64,000 nucleotides of DNA. Source: Thermoplasmatota archaeon. GTDB lineage: Archaea; Thermoplasmatota; Penumbrarchaeia; Penumbrarchaeales; Penumbrarchaeaceae. The stretch lies in the NCBI GenBank assembly GCA_965234725.1, contig CBDDUX010000014.1, positions 21,682 to 85,681 of the forward strand, read 5' to 3'. A program made the position numbers and the translations under genes. Below, piece by piece: positions 35,161 through 46,163 of this stretch. Every line of letters begins with the position of its first letter. Position 1 is the first letter of the stretch. Under the pieces are notes generated by a model. The model ran no database searches and was not told the DNA's origin. It saw nothing but the letters and a program-made list of their open reading frames with translations.

Positions 35161-37155
35161 ATGAAAGAAAACCAGGAGAAGGATGAAGGTCCTTCTGAAA
35201 TGGAAAAGGAGATTTCATCATTCACTCCCATCAAAGCTGTTATGCCAATATCCATGATGGTGATCCTGATTGTCGTCACGCTCCTTTTAGGCCTTTGGAT
35301 TGGACCTTATTTTGATGCGCTGGGAATCACTTCTGAGATGAGCAAATATGCTGATAATCCCCTCTACGCTTTCGTTTTCTTAGGATTTGTAATAGGGTTT
35401 GCGGTATTCATTCTGGTCCTTCGAAAATTGTTGAAAAGGAGGAGGTTCAAGCTGAAGTATCTCTTTGCAGCAGCCGTCCTTCTATCCTCGCTTTACATTC
35501 TTACCCCATTGGTGGATATTATCGCCAACGGATTTCCGGAGGTATGGGACGAATATGAATTGGATATTGATGGTATCAGGGGAGCTCTTCCCCTTGATCC
35601 TGACGACCCCGGAAAGGGAATCATCGTTGTCACAGATTCGTCATTCCATGTCCTTGAAAGAAAGAAGTATGAATATGAGGAAGTGTGGAAAACCGAGGGT
35701 CTAGAGAGCACATTCGATCCCAGTTTTAGTAACGGATTGTGGGTCTTTGCCGGTAAGGGCCATGGTAATAATTCCTACTGGACATTAGACTCGGACGGAA
35801 TTGCTCAAGAATTTGGGATCATCGAATCGCCAAACGCCACATTCGAACTCCTCGGAGTATCCGCGGCATTTGCAAACGGGACCCATTATCTGATCTCTTT
35901 CTGGGAGGGTGTGGAAGGCCGCTGGTCCGTTCTTGCCTTCGAACCGGGAAGTATAGAACCTGGAACCTGGATAGAAAACATCGGTCATAATGAAGGCCCC
36001 TTTTATCCTATCTTCGGATGGTCCGATGACCGGGTCCAATATCATGTGGATGATTCTATCGAATACATGGTACTCTCAGGAAGTGAGGGCGGCCTGATCA
36101 AGACATCGGGAGGAGTAAGTAAGATAGAGAACGGAACCTGGATTACAGCAAGAGGTGAGAGTGTTCTCTATTTCACCAATGATCCATTTAACCTGCCAGG
36201 AAGGTCAGATCCATCCTATCACAATGTTATAGTGGAAATCGTATCGATAGATGGAAGCGGTTTCGGAACGATGACCAATATTTACGCCACTGGATCGGTT
36301 TTAGACGGTTACCATGTATCTTATATCCATGAGAATAGACCTGAACTGGGATCGATCAGTGATTACAGATTAATATATCTCTCGGGGAAGGATGTCGGAG
36401 TGATAACCCCCGATTCAGAAGATGAGTACTCCTTTACGGATGAACCTATATCCGTCATTCAGGATGGACCTGGTGGGGATATTTATCTCATCTTCGACGG
36501 TGCGGTCCTCCAGGGAAGGTTCGACGGTACCGAGAGAATGCAGGTATGGGTTCAGGTAACAGCATTCCTGATAGCTGTCGGTATGATGGTTCTCCTCCTG
36601 AAGATCCCGAAATGGTGGATAATCGATCTTTCCGGGATCCTTATGGGAGCCGGGGTCGTTGCGATGATGGGGACCTCATTTCCAATATTGTTCACTCTCC
36701 TTCTCATGGTTCTACTTGCCGTGTACGATGCCATTTCCGTCTACAAGACAAAACACATGATATCGCTTGCAGATTCGGTGGTAGAATCTAAAATGCCAAT
36801 CCTTCTAGTATTTCCAATGCGTCTTGATTACAGGTACGAGGATGAGACCAACCTGATGGATCCGAAGAGAAAGCGGGAATCACTTTTCATGGGACTTGGA
36901 GACGTTATCATCCCTGGAATACTGGTGATATCTTCATTTGCATGGCTTCCAAAAGCTGATGGACTGCTTGGTCTATCAGGGCCACTTTCAGTAGCTCTCT
37001 TTACTATTTTAGGAATGCTCTTCGGCTATGCAATTCTCATCAGATGGGTATTGAAGGGGAGCGCTCATGCCGGTTTGCCTCCATTGAACGGTGGTGCGAT
37101 CCTTGGCTTCCTTATAGGACATCTTCTAGTCTACGGGAGCTTCATCTTCTGGTAA
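35161..37155 (+). CDS. Presenilin-family intramembrane aspartyl protease with a large soluble insertion
   Basis: YDAISVYKTKHMISLA, FMGLGD, HAGLPPLNGG; a long hydrophilic segment follows TM3. Confidence 0.88.
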   Translation: MKENQEKDEGPSEMEKEISSFTPIKAVMPISMMVILIVVTLLLGLWIGPYFDALGITSEMSKYADNPLYAFVFLGFVIGFAVFILVLRKLLKRRRFKLKYLFAAAVLLSSLYILTPLVDIIANGFPEVWDEYELDIDGIRGALPLDPDDPGKGIIVVTDSSFHVLERKKYEYEEVWKTEGLESTFDPSFSNGLWVFAGKGHGNNSYWTLDSDGIAQEFGIIESPNATFELLGVSAAFANGTHYLISFWEGVEGRWSVLAFEPGSIEPGTWIENIGHNEGPFYPIFGWSDDRVQYHVDDSIEYMVLSGSEGGLIKTSGGVSKIENGTWITARGESVLYFTNDPFNLPGRSDPSYHNVIVEIVSIDGSGFGTMTNIYATGSVLDGYHVSYIHENRPELGSISDYRLIYLSGKDVGVITPDSEDEYSFTDEPISVIQDGPGGDIYLIFDGAVLQGRFDGTERMQVWVQVTAFLIAVGMMVLLLKIPKWWIIDLSGILMGAGVVAMMGTSFPILFTLLLMVLLAVYDAISVYKTKHMISLADSVVESKMPILLVFPMRLDYRYEDETNLMDPKRKRESLFMGLGDVIIPGILVISSFAWLPKADGLLGLSGPLSVALFTILGMLFGYAILIRWVLKGSAHAGLPPLNGGAILGFLIGHLLVYGSFIFW

Positions 37156-37214
37156 TAGTATCCTACATCACCGATAAGGATTTGTGGACCTATCCGTTTC
37201 AACCCCTGTATCCG

Positions 37215-37958
37215 ATGGAAGCCAATATCATACTATTCCTTATGATGTTCCTGCTGGGGACGGTCCAGGGTCTTACAGTATGCAACCTGACCTGCGGTCC
37301 GCTTCTCATTCTAAGATTGGCCGGACAATCAAGGGGAGTCAGAGAAGGACTCGGTCTCTCTATGCTGTTCTCCCTCCCGAGGATCCTGATACTTACAATT
37401 CTAGGTGGGCTACTCGGTGCTTTCGGTTATTCGATATCATCCCTTGCCGGACTCTCTTCATTCCCATGGTTCCAGGCTGTTGTTTACATTATTATTGCAT
37501 GCATTATGATCGCCACCGGACTAAGATTCATGGGAATTACAGGGAAGAAAAATATTGATGATTGCAGTGGTATGGCACCTGGTCTGAAGAATAGGTTCCT
37601 GCTACTACTGACAAAACTTGGTCCTAGAAAAGGTAAGGGAGAGAGGAGTTCCATGGTAGGACTTGGGATATTGGTCTCCCTGATCTGCTTCGTCGAGGCC
37701 TCCGGAGCATCACTGGCCGTTGCCAATATGCTTGGCCTCGATTCCAGTGACATCGGGACAGGGGTCTTCATGGGAGCTATGACAATGCTCTCCTATTCTC
37801 TCGGTCTCACAGTTCCGCTCCTTATACTCGGGTCCGGTGCCTCGGAATTGGGAAGAAAGCTGAACCGGGGCGATATCAGGATAGTAGGCGGGATCCTGTT
37901 GATAGGTATAGGGTCAATACTCCTTCTTTTCGAGGTCCTCTCACTCATTTTCCTTTAA
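37215..37958 (+). CDS. DsbD_2/TauE-like multi-pass membrane protein
   Basis: GLTVCNLTCGP, PRILILTILG, YSLGLTVPL; about 6-7 TM helices; start uncertain. Confidence 0.65.
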   Translation: MEANIILFLMMFLLGTVQGLTVCNLTCGPLLILRLAGQSRGVREGLGLSMLFSLPRILILTILGGLLGAFGYSISSLAGLSSFPWFQAVVYIIIACIMIATGLRFMGITGKKNIDDCSGMAPGLKNRFLLLLTKLGPRKGKGERSSMVGLGILVSLICFVEASGASLAVANMLGLDSSDIGTGVFMGAMTMLSYSLGLTVPLLILGSGASELGRKLNRGDIRIVGGILLIGIGSILLLFEVLSLIFL

Positions 37959-38357
37959 CTGATCCATAAGGAATAGATGTGACCCGCATTTACAATCTGA
38001 AGAGCCGAAACCTGGGACAGATGTGAATCTCTTTGAAAAGTACTCAGCTGATACGCATTCATCACCGGGACCATACTCCTTGAAGAAGACGGTCTTATCT
38101 CTGGAAATAATTGAAAGGTGATCTATATGCCACCTGAGATTTACAGGTCCTTCCAGATGCCTCCTCACCCTTCTCCAGACTCCGGCTTTAGCAGAACCTA
38201 TATAGGCATATTTTCCCTTCTTGATCCTTAACGGACCGAGTGAACCAACCTTGACCTCCCGGTCCTTTTCGAAGTCCAAGATCAAGATATATGTTCCAGG
38301 ACCCCTATAAGGGTCCTCTGGATCGAGTTTTAAATATCCCTCGATCGGAGGTTCCAG
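37941..38357 (-). CDS. DUF123 GIY-YIG-like nuclease
   Basis: GTYILI, VGSLG, GKYAYIGSA, RVRRH, WHIDHL, GFGSSDCKCGSHL; start uncertain (in-frame CTG at 38357 after AGGTGA, or TTG at 38285). Confidence 0.8.
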   Translation of the reverse strand: MEPPIEGYLKLDPEDPYRGPGTYILILDFEKDREVKVGSLGPLRIKKGKYAYIGSAKAGVWRRVRRHLEGPVNLRWHIDHLSIISRDKTVFFKEYGPGDECVSAEYFSKRFTSVPGFGSSDCKCGSHLFLMDQLKENE

Positions 38358-38361
38358 CCTC

Positions 38362-40320
38362 TCACCTCAATCTGTAGGTTTCAAGGTTAAAGGGTATGGT
38401 TGTGGTTATTCCATATTTTCTATGGATCGAGGAGGCCAGGTCCATCTCTTTTGTCTCATCTCCGTGATGGATAATGATCCGGTTTGGCTTGGGGTCCATT
38501 GTGGAGATATAATTGATGAGCTGTTTCCTGTCCGAGTGTCCTGAGAAACCGTCCACTGTCTCGGCATCGATCTTGAGGCTAACTGACATGGGTTTCCCCT
38601 TCTCGGAGATCATTAATTCTTTCATACCCTTCTGGATCTTTCGCCCGAGGGTTCCCTCTGCCTGGTAACCTACGAAGACCAGGGTATTCTCCCCACTTGA
38701 TCCCCAGTACTTCAGATACTCCATGACGGGACCACCGTTAAGCATACCAGATGTTGCAAGGACAACTGCTGGTTCGGGATCATGGATTATATTGCTTCTC
38801 ATATCCCTGGAGTTTACTTTCTGGAAAAATTCAGAAAGGAAGGGGTTTTCATTACGCTGGAATATCTGGGTCCTGAGCTGATTGTTAAGGAACTCTGGAT
38901 AAGCAGTATGGATTGCAGTGGCTTCCCATATCATTCCGTCAAGATAGATGGGGGCCCTTGGGATCTGGCCGTTCTTCATCTGTTTTTCAAGGACAATCAT
39001 CACTTCTTGGGACCTACCAACGGCAAAGACCGGGATGAGTACCTTTCCTCCTCTGGAAAGGGTCCTTTTCATCACTGTCTTGAGTTCAGTGGCTGCCTCT
39101 TTTCTGGTTGGTTGGAAATCTCTTCTTCCACCGTAAGTGGATTCCATAACAAGGGCTTCCAACCTTGGGAACTGGTTGGTAGCAGAATTAAAGAGCCAGG
39201 TCCTCTCGAATTTGATATCTCCGGAATATGCGATGTTGTACAATCCATCTCCCACATGGAAATGAGGGGAGGCTGAACCAAGGATATGCCCAGCATTATG
39301 AAGGGTCAGTCTGATATCCGGCGCAATATCGGTGGTCTCATTGTATTTTATCGGAATTGTATGGAGGATCTCATCCTGGACATGCTTGGATTCGTATGGC
39401 GGCCTTTTTCCTTCTGCGACTGCCACCTTGATGTAATCAAGTTGCAACAGGGCCATCATATCTCTTGTAGGGGCTGTACAATAGATAGGTCCATCATATC
39501 CGTATTTGTACATCAAAGGTACAAGACCGGAATGGTCTAAATGGGCGTGTGTGATCACCAGTGCATCGATGGAATCGAATGGCTGCACCTCTGCCATCTG
39601 AAGATATGGGGAGGGATGGTCATTGGATCCGACGTTCACCCCTATGTCGATCAACACCTTGGAGTTCCTTGTTGTCAACATATGGCAGGATCTGCCCACC
39701 TCCCGGTAGCCTCCAAGACTTGTGGCTCTGACCCAGTTCTCATCATCAGGGATGTCCCTGAAGATCCTCCTCCCAACTTTCTTGAGGAAGTTCTTCCTCT
39801 TTTCAGTGACATCAGGGTCCTTCAGGTACTGTCTGATATCCTTTACGCTCCTGGATTCTATTGGTGGTGTTCTTACCACAACAGGAGCCCAACCAGTTCT
39901 CTTCTTGATATCATTTAAGTTGGTACCATGTTTTCCTATGGCAAGACCAGGTGATAAGGCCTCAATAGTGACCTCGTTGGAATCATGGTTGAAAGCGACA
40001 TCGGTGATCTTCGCCTCCTCGGGGATGATCTCCTTGATGATCTCACTTGCTTCGTTCACATCCTTTACCAGGGAACTGTGGGGCCTGATGGCCACCCTTC
40101 TTTTCAGACCTTGGGCAAGCTTTCTTACCAGATTGGAATCGTAAACGAACTCATCCATGTTCCTAGTCTTGATCACTACCACTGGACCTTCGAAATCCAC
40201 TTCGGTGATCTCCACTCCTTCGGGTACGATCGATTCCACATCTGCCTTGATACGCTTTATAAGCGCCTCATAACTCGTTTTAACCACCCCTTGAAATTCA
40301 ATAAAAGGGTTACCATCCAA
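38362..40320 (-). CDS. fttA: beta-CASP ribonuclease aCPSF1 (transcription termination factor FttA)
   Basis: KH domains (FEGP, PGLAIGKHG), GGYREVGRSC, THAHLDH, AGHILGS, MESTYG, GFSGHSD; start may be GTG at 40287. Confidence 0.95.
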   Translation of the reverse strand: MDGNPFIEFQGVVKTSYEALIKRIKADVESIVPEGVEITEVDFEGPVVVIKTRNMDEFVYDSNLVRKLAQGLKRRVAIRPHSSLVKDVNEASEIIKEIIPEEAKITDVAFNHDSNEVTIEALSPGLAIGKHGTNLNDIKKRTGWAPVVVRTPPIESRSVKDIRQYLKDPDVTEKRKNFLKKVGRRIFRDIPDDENWVRATSLGGYREVGRSCHMLTTRNSKVLIDIGVNVGSNDHPSPYLQMAEVQPFDSIDALVITHAHLDHSGLVPLMYKYGYDGPIYCTAPTRDMMALLQLDYIKVAVAEGKRPPYESKHVQDEILHTIPIKYNETTDIAPDIRLTLHNAGHILGSASPHFHVGDGLYNIAYSGDIKFERTWLFNSATNQFPRLEALVMESTYGGRRDFQPTRKEAATELKTVMKRTLSRGGKVLIPVFAVGRSQEVMIVLEKQMKNGQIPRAPIYLDGMIWEATAIHTAYPEFLNNQLRTQIFQRNENPFLSEFFQKVNSRDMRSNIIHDPEPAVVLATSGMLNGGPVMEYLKYWGSSGENTLVFVGYQAEGTLGRKIQKGMKELMISEKGKPMSVSLKIDAETVDGFSGHSDRKQLINYISTMDPKPNRIIIHHGDETKEMDLASSIHRKYGITTTIPFNLETYRLR

Positions 40321-40461
40321 CCATTGATCTTGATATTACTACCCTTTTCAGGATCGGAGTTTCATATAAAGATAATAATCATCGCCCTCAATGGCGAATA
40401 CGATATTTGGTAAATAATGGATAATTGGATCGGAAAAACCCGTTCCGGCGGCTCTTATGAC

Positions 40462-41103
40462 CTATTTGATATTTAATTTTTGCTTCCTCTTCTCAAGGTC
40501 CTTGGGAGAGAGTGGATTCCAACCATCCTTTGAAATGACTACTACATCATAGCCATTACCCGAAGCACTATCCCTTCTCATTGCGGCGGTCAGTGCTTTG
40601 ATGGCAATATCAATACCCTGGCTCGTGGTCATCCCATCCTGGAAGTTGTCCTCAAGGACTCCGTAAGCGTAAGGTGATCCGGATCCTGTTGCACAGTATT
40701 TGTCAGGAATTGACCCGCCAGCTGCATCAAGGGAATAAATATGTCCCCCCTCTCTGTCCCACCCACCAAGTAATAGTTGGACCCAGTATGGATAATATCT
40801 GCTTCCTGAAAGGATATTGGCCGTGAGGGTAGCAGCTGCCTTGATCGTCATAGCCTGGTCCCTTTTTAACCTGTAGAGTTCTGCCTCTGCAGTAATATAC
40901 CTGGCAAGGTTCTGGGCGTCCCCTACAAGGCCCGCAGTTGTCAAACCAATGTGGTCATCGATCCTGAAGAGCTTTTGTGTCTCTGTATGTGCTATGAGGG
41001 TTCCCATGGTCGCCCTGTGCTCCGTTGCCATAACGACCCCATCCTTGCAGACGATACCCAGGGTCGTTGTACCAGTTTTCATATTCTCCTGTTCGTTATT
41101 CAT
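40462..41103 (-). CDS. psmB: Proteasome subunit beta
   Basis: Propeptide followed by KTGTTTLG, GLVGDAQ, ATGSGSPYAYGVLE, RDSASG. Confidence 0.97.
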   Translation of the reverse strand: MNNEQENMKTGTTTLGIVCKDGVVMATEHRATMGTLIAHTETQKLFRIDDHIGLTTAGLVGDAQNLARYITAEAELYRLKRDQAMTIKAAATLTANILSGSRYYPYWVQLLLGGWDREGGHIYSLDAAGGSIPDKYCATGSGSPYAYGVLEDNFQDGMTTSQGIDIAIKALTAAMRRDSASGNGYDVVVISKDGWNPLSPKDLEKRKQKLNIK

Positions 41104-41266
41104 GGGAGCAAGCCTCCTTTTAAAAGAACTCGCCCTTCATTCTATCCGGTCTATTTAAGGTTGTTGTAACTTGTTTGAAAGTGGTTCATGGACACCAGTC
41201 TGGAACCTTTGAAAGGGATTATCTATAAGTATACTATCGCTCTAGTATTACCTCCGGAGGAAATCA

Positions 41267-44200
41267 ATGAGATCAAGGTCAATGCTCCCTGTCATTATTC
41301 TTCTATTTATCTTATTGATGAACATTCCGCATATCGCAACCAGCTCGAAGGAGGACATGGATCCATATGAGAATATCATGCCACTTCTATCACAGATCCC
41401 ACTATCCTTTGATGGGTATGATGGGGATTCAAACGGTGACAGGATCGATGATATCCTGTATGGCGGAGATAAACTTGATTCATTAGATGGAATGATCGGG
41501 ATAAACGTCCATATGGCTGGTCCTGTATCGGCAAATGATGTCCGGTCTATTATGGGGAGGGCGAAGACAATTGGACTTGATCCGGTCTTCTTGCGAGTTG
41601 GAACCCATACAACGGCCATCTATCTCCTTGTTCGGGAGTCTGGTGACTATGAGGATCTCCTGATCGGAGGTGTCAATTTCATAGAATACCGTCCTATGAT
41701 GGTCCCGTTCCTGGATACTTCATCTCCGACAATAAGAGCAGGCCCATCTTCATTATATTCACCCTTTTCCGCCGATGACCTCGGGATCACAGGAGAAGGT
41801 GTAACGATCGCTATCATGGATTCAGGTGTGGATAATAATCATGAATCACTCATTGGAAAATATGAATATGGAGCTGATTTCACTGGAACCACCACATTTT
41901 ACGGGGTGAATCCAAATGATAGCGACGGACATGGCACCCATGTGGCAGGGACGGCCATGGGTACTGGAGGTTCCTCAGAAACATACAGGGGAGTGGCCCC
42001 TGGAGCGAGTCTTGTGGATCTAAAGATATTCATCTCTTTCGGATCTTTCCTAGGGAACTCCGATCAGGCTTTTGAATGGTTGATAGATAACCATGAAGAA
42101 AGGGGAATAAAGGTTGTTTCCTGCTCCTTTGGTACCACCTCTCCAACTTCCGGCAGGGATACGACCTCACAGCTGGCAAACCGTCTTGTTGATGAAGGGG
42201 TTGTGGTCGTCGTAGCCGCTGGAAATGATGGTACACAAGGTTTGCCCAGTCCTGCATCTGCTGATAAAGTGATCACGGTCGGTGCATATGGTGACCAGGG
42301 CACTATTGGAAGGAATGATGACACGGTACAGGGTTTTTCGAATAGAGGTCCACGGGAAAGCGATGGAGATATGGATAAGCTAGACGAACTCAAACCCGAT
42401 GTTTGCGCTCCAGGTGTGGATATCAGAGCCCCAAATCATAATTCGTTATTCGAATACGTGGAGAAGACAGGAACATCAATGTCCTGCCCACACATATCAG
42501 GCCTGGCAGCATTGATGCTTCAGGCCAATCCTGATCTTACACCAGCTCAGATAAAGTCTATCATGAGGGATACGGCAGAACAGGATTACTCGCCATCACA
42601 ACCATCAGTGGACAGTAAGTACAATGCCAGGTCTGGATGGGGTCAGGTGGATGCATACGGTGCCGTGAAGAGGGCATTGGACCTGCTATCCTTGGACCTC
42701 TCTGCTCCAGGAGAGGTTTCTTCAGGCGATCCTGTGGATATTATTGCACGTGGAAAGTTCACTAAGACAGGATATGATTCCGATGAGGATATCCATGAGA
42801 TCGAGATCAGGACCCCCAACGATTGGGGTAGGCCAGATAATATCGAGATGGAGGCTGACCTTTATGGAACCGATCCTCAGTTGATCGGACCTATCAGGTC
42901 AGGCGACAGCTGGGTGACCACCATGAAAACCTATTATAATTCAAGTGTGGAAGGTGCAGTTCCCAGCTTGTCATTCTCCATAGTCCCCATAGGAGAGGAG
43001 GGTGATTCAGGCGTCATCTCTGCCAGAACTTCAATAAACGGGATGAATTTTGTATTAGAGGAGAGGGAGGTGAACATCACTGATGGACCCTCACCTCCAG
43101 ATCTTTCCATTGTTCCTTTGGCTATCTCATTTTCGGACAACCTTCCGGAAAATGGGGATAATGTTCAGATCAGTGTACGTGTCAATAACACTGGTGGCAG
43201 GTCTGTTGAAGATGCTCTTGTAAGACTGCTTGATGGTCCTGAGAGAACGGGGGAAATGATTGGTGAGGATACGATACGTGTACCTGCTGGTTCTTCTGGT
43301 ATTGCATCATTCATCTGGGTGGCAAATCCCGGGATCCACGCAATAACAGCTATTGCGGATCCTGATAATGAAATAGCTGAGTCAGACGAAAGCAACAATG
43401 GAGCTGAAAGACCCCTAACAGTATTGGGCATCAATCCACCCCCTATCGCACAGCTTGAAGTGTCCCCAACGGAAGGCACTACGACTACGCGTTTCCTTCT
43501 GGATGGGTCCTCTTCTCAGGACACCAATATTCGAGGAGGGAACGTTGTGGCATATAATTTCGACTTCGGAGATGGGATGGTAAGTGGTTGGGTGGATACA
43601 GCCAAGATAGAGCACAGATACCAGAGAGGAGGTTCCTATACGGCGTCCTTGGTTGTCAGGGACAATGGTGGTGAGGAATCTTCAAATAATGCTGAAGCAA
43701 CTATCAACGTATCCGATGTTACTTCGCTAAAAGAGACCCTATTTCTCACAAATAATTCCAGGTTGATGGGAGATCCAGGTCCCTCAGGATATAGGTCGGT
43801 TATGGGGGGCAGGATAGGAGAATGGATCTCTGATCCTTTTCAGGAAACAAGGACTCTGAACTCGTTTCTATCCATCCGATTGATCGTAGATTCATCGGGA
43901 CCGGGAAAGTTCGATTATGAAATATCTTTCAAAGCGGAAGGGGCCTCTGAAATCGGTCAATCGGACCAACTTGACCTTCAGGGTGGTGAAGGAAGTTACC
44001 AGATCGATATCCCTCTGGATGAGATAACAATTAGACCTGGAGGGGACATTTCAATTTTAATATCTGGCTCTTCCAGTGCCGATGGAACTCAGCTCCTGAT
44101 CGGAGAAGGAGGCTCATTCCTTGAATATTTGTATTATCTCCCTCAGAACCAGCTCCCAGAGGTATTTGCAGGAAATGATATGGAGGTCAGGGTAGGATCG

Positions 44201-45631
44201 CCGATCACTTTTTCAGGAACCGCCGAGGATGTGGATGGTAGCATAGAGGAGATCAGGTGGGACGTTGACAGCGACGGAGAATATGAGAGTGAAGGGGTTC
44301 TGACCTTTGAATATGGTGGTTATTCCGAGGAAGGAATTTACAAAGCAGTACTGGAGGTCAAGGATGACGATGGTGGATGGTCAACAGATTCCCTAGAGGT
44401 GACCGTTAGGTCTTCCGATTATAATTTTCCCCCCGAGGTATTGATCGATTGTCATAGGAACATTACAGGTATCGTAACTATCTCAGGTACAGCAAATGAC
44501 GATATCTCGGTGGAGAAGGTCGAGATCAAGATAATATCAACAGAGGAGACAGTTTTGGAATGGACCGAAGCAGATGGACAGGAGGAATGGTCCCTGGAAT
44601 GGGATTCCCGGACTGTAGGGGATGGAATCTATGAGATAAATGCAAGAGCTTTCGATGGTTCGATCTACTCAAATACGGCCAAATGTGAGATCTCGGTTTC
44701 GAACACAAATACGCCTCCTAAGGTAGATCAAGTAATTATTGAACCCGGATCAATGATATCCGGTCAGGACCTGAGACTTCTGATCACCGCTTCCGTCCAG
44801 GATCCGGACCTTCCGGGAGATGAACTTTCAGTCATTGCTGATCTGGATCCTATTGAGGGCCCCATTGCTTTGTTGATGGAAGATGATGGGAGAGGTGCGG
44901 ATGATAAGGCAGGAGACAGCATATATTCTGCAGGATTCGAACCATCCCTGGACATACAGCCAGGTGTATACAGGATCTTTGTGGAGGTTCAGGACTCAAA
45001 TGGGGGTGTGGACCAGGGGTACTTTGATTTTGAGGTCATTGCAGATATTCGAATTTTTTCTTCCATTTCCTCATCGGCAATAGATTCTGGAGAAGAGGTC
45101 CTGATAGAGGTGGAAGTAGATACTTCCTTTGAGGTCATTGTAAAGGCAAGTTCAGAATTGTTCAGAGACGGTTTCATATTCCTTCTTGACGATGGACTTG
45201 AAGGGGATAGGGTGATGGGGGACAGGGTATATTCAAGAAGGATCATGATCGAAGGTGAACCCGGAAAATATCCCATTACGATCACCGTTGAGGATGAAGG
45301 GGTCCTTCTATCAAGGGAGGAGATGGTCCTAAGGATCAAAGGCACTTCAGAGCCAGTTGAAGGAAATGTTGGAGGGGCAGATCCATCCTGGACAATATTG
45401 TTGGTAATATTAATAATTCTGACCCTGATCTCGATCCTGATCCCGGTCATACTCATAAGGAGGGGTAGAACTGGAATTCCTGAAGAACCAATTCAAATAT
45501 CCAGCCCCATCATCGCTGAAGTGATAGAGGATGATTTCCTACAGGGAGAGCTCTCCGTCCAGGGAGAGATGCCAGAGATATCCCAGTATACTCAGGGTTC
45601 CTACGAGGAAGGCTACTTCCAGGCCGAGTGA
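41267..45631 (+). CDS. Membrane-anchored S8 (subtilisin-like) serine peptidase with CARDB, PKD and Ig-like domains
   Basis: IMDSGV, GHGTHVAG, AAGN, GTSMSCPH triad motifs; ESDESNN, DFGDG, DDG..GD..YS repeats; C-terminal TM. Confidence 0.92.
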   Translation: MRSRSMLPVIILLFILLMNIPHIATSSKEDMDPYENIMPLLSQIPLSFDGYDGDSNGDRIDDILYGGDKLDSLDGMIGINVHMAGPVSANDVRSIMGRAKTIGLDPVFLRVGTHTTAIYLLVRESGDYEDLLIGGVNFIEYRPMMVPFLDTSSPTIRAGPSSLYSPFSADDLGITGEGVTIAIMDSGVDNNHESLIGKYEYGADFTGTTTFYGVNPNDSDGHGTHVAGTAMGTGGSSETYRGVAPGASLVDLKIFISFGSFLGNSDQAFEWLIDNHEERGIKVVSCSFGTTSPTSGRDTTSQLANRLVDEGVVVVVAAGNDGTQGLPSPASADKVITVGAYGDQGTIGRNDDTVQGFSNRGPRESDGDMDKLDELKPDVCAPGVDIRAPNHNSLFEYVEKTGTSMSCPHISGLAALMLQANPDLTPAQIKSIMRDTAEQDYSPSQPSVDSKYNARSGWGQVDAYGAVKRALDLLSLDLSAPGEVSSGDPVDIIARGKFTKTGYDSDEDIHEIEIRTPNDWGRPDNIEMEADLYGTDPQLIGPIRSGDSWVTTMKTYYNSSVEGAVPSLSFSIVPIGEEGDSGVISARTSINGMNFVLEEREVNITDGPSPPDLSIVPLAISFSDNLPENGDNVQISVRVNNTGGRSVEDALVRLLDGPERTGEMIGEDTIRVPAGSSGIASFIWVANPGIHAITAIADPDNEIAESDESNNGAERPLTVLGINPPPIAQLEVSPTEGTTTTRFLLDGSSSQDTNIRGGNVVAYNFDFGDGMVSGWVDTAKIEHRYQRGGSYTASLVVRDNGGEESSNNAEATINVSDVTSLKETLFLTNNSRLMGDPGPSGYRSVMGGRIGEWISDPFQETRTLNSFLSIRLIVDSSGPGKFDYEISFKAEGASEIGQSDQLDLQGGEGSYQIDIPLDEITIRPGGDISILISGSSSADGTQLLIGEGGSFLEYLYYLPQNQLPEVFAGNDMEVRVGSPITFSGTAEDVDGSIEEIRWDVDSDGEYESEGVLTFEYGGYSEEGIYKAVLEVKDDDGGWSTDSLEVTVRSSDYNFPPEVLIDCHRNITGIVTISGTANDDISVEKVEIKIISTEETVLEWTEADGQEEWSLEWDSRTVGDGIYEINARAFDGSIYSNTAKCEISVSNTNTPPKVDQVIIEPGSMISGQDLRLLITASVQDPDLPGDELSVIADLDPIEGPIALLMEDDGRGADDKAGDSIYSAGFEPSLDIQPGVYRIFVEVQDSNGGVDQGYFDFEVIADIRIFSSISSSAIDSGEEVLIEVEVDTSFEVIVKASSELFRDGFIFLLDDGLEGDRVMGDRVYSRRIMIEGEPGKYPITITVEDEGVLLSREEMVLRIKGTSEPVEGNVGGADPSWTILLVILIILTLISILIPVILIRRGRTGIPEEPIQISSPIIAEVIEDDFLQGELSVQGEMPEISQYTQGSYEEGYFQAE

Positions 45632-46084
45632 TGTTGAAAGGAATACATAGGACCCAAATGCAGACCCATATATCAGACCGGGTGTAACTGAATGCATCCA
45701 GCCTCTATGTTTAAGAGGAAGGATTATCAGAAAATATCCAATAACGGTCAGGATCAGGAATAATGAGGAACCCTCGTTCCAGATGAAATTGAAAGCCTCG
45801 GAAATACCCTGGGCTGAAACTTTTCCAATGAAAGGAGGTATGATCCCGAAAGCACCGAAGATGGGGCCGATCGTCCACCTGATCCTTCCTCTTCCATCGA
45901 TGTCAGGAAGGACTGAACCGAGGAATAGCGCCGCACAACCTAGACCCAGTCCCAAGATGAGATGGATGCCTTTATCTATGTCAAGGATAGATAACCCACT
46001 CTGGTAGGTTCCAAGGGCATATCCAGTTGAAATGACAAGGACAGCCATGGATGCAACTGACAGATGAATCTCCCATCTGGGCAT
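45539..46084 (-). CDS. Membrane-bound metal-dependent hydrolase (YdjM-like)
   Basis: N-terminal H, GSVLPDID, HRGWMHS, HLSLD. Confidence 0.8.
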   Translation of the reverse strand: MPRWEIHLSVASMAVLVISTGYALGTYQSGLSILDIDKGIHLILGLGLGCAALFLGSVLPDIDGRGRIRWTIGPIFGAFGIIPPFIGKVSAQGISEAFNFIWNEGSSLFLILTVIGYFLIILPLKHRGWMHSVTPGLIYGSAFGSYVFLSTSLGLEVAFLVGTLSILGYLWHLSLDGELSL

Positions 46085-46163
46085 GCCATCCCCTTTTTTA
46101 AGGATCGAGGTGTAAAATATAAATCATTTTTGCTCCTGATCTCATCTGAATGCTACAAAGGCT

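Noticed and set aside
45539-45631. 93-nt convergent overlap between the S8 peptidase and the hydrolase
   Set aside because: It involves the low-complexity cytoplasmic tail of the peptidase; 3' overlaps are common in compact genomes
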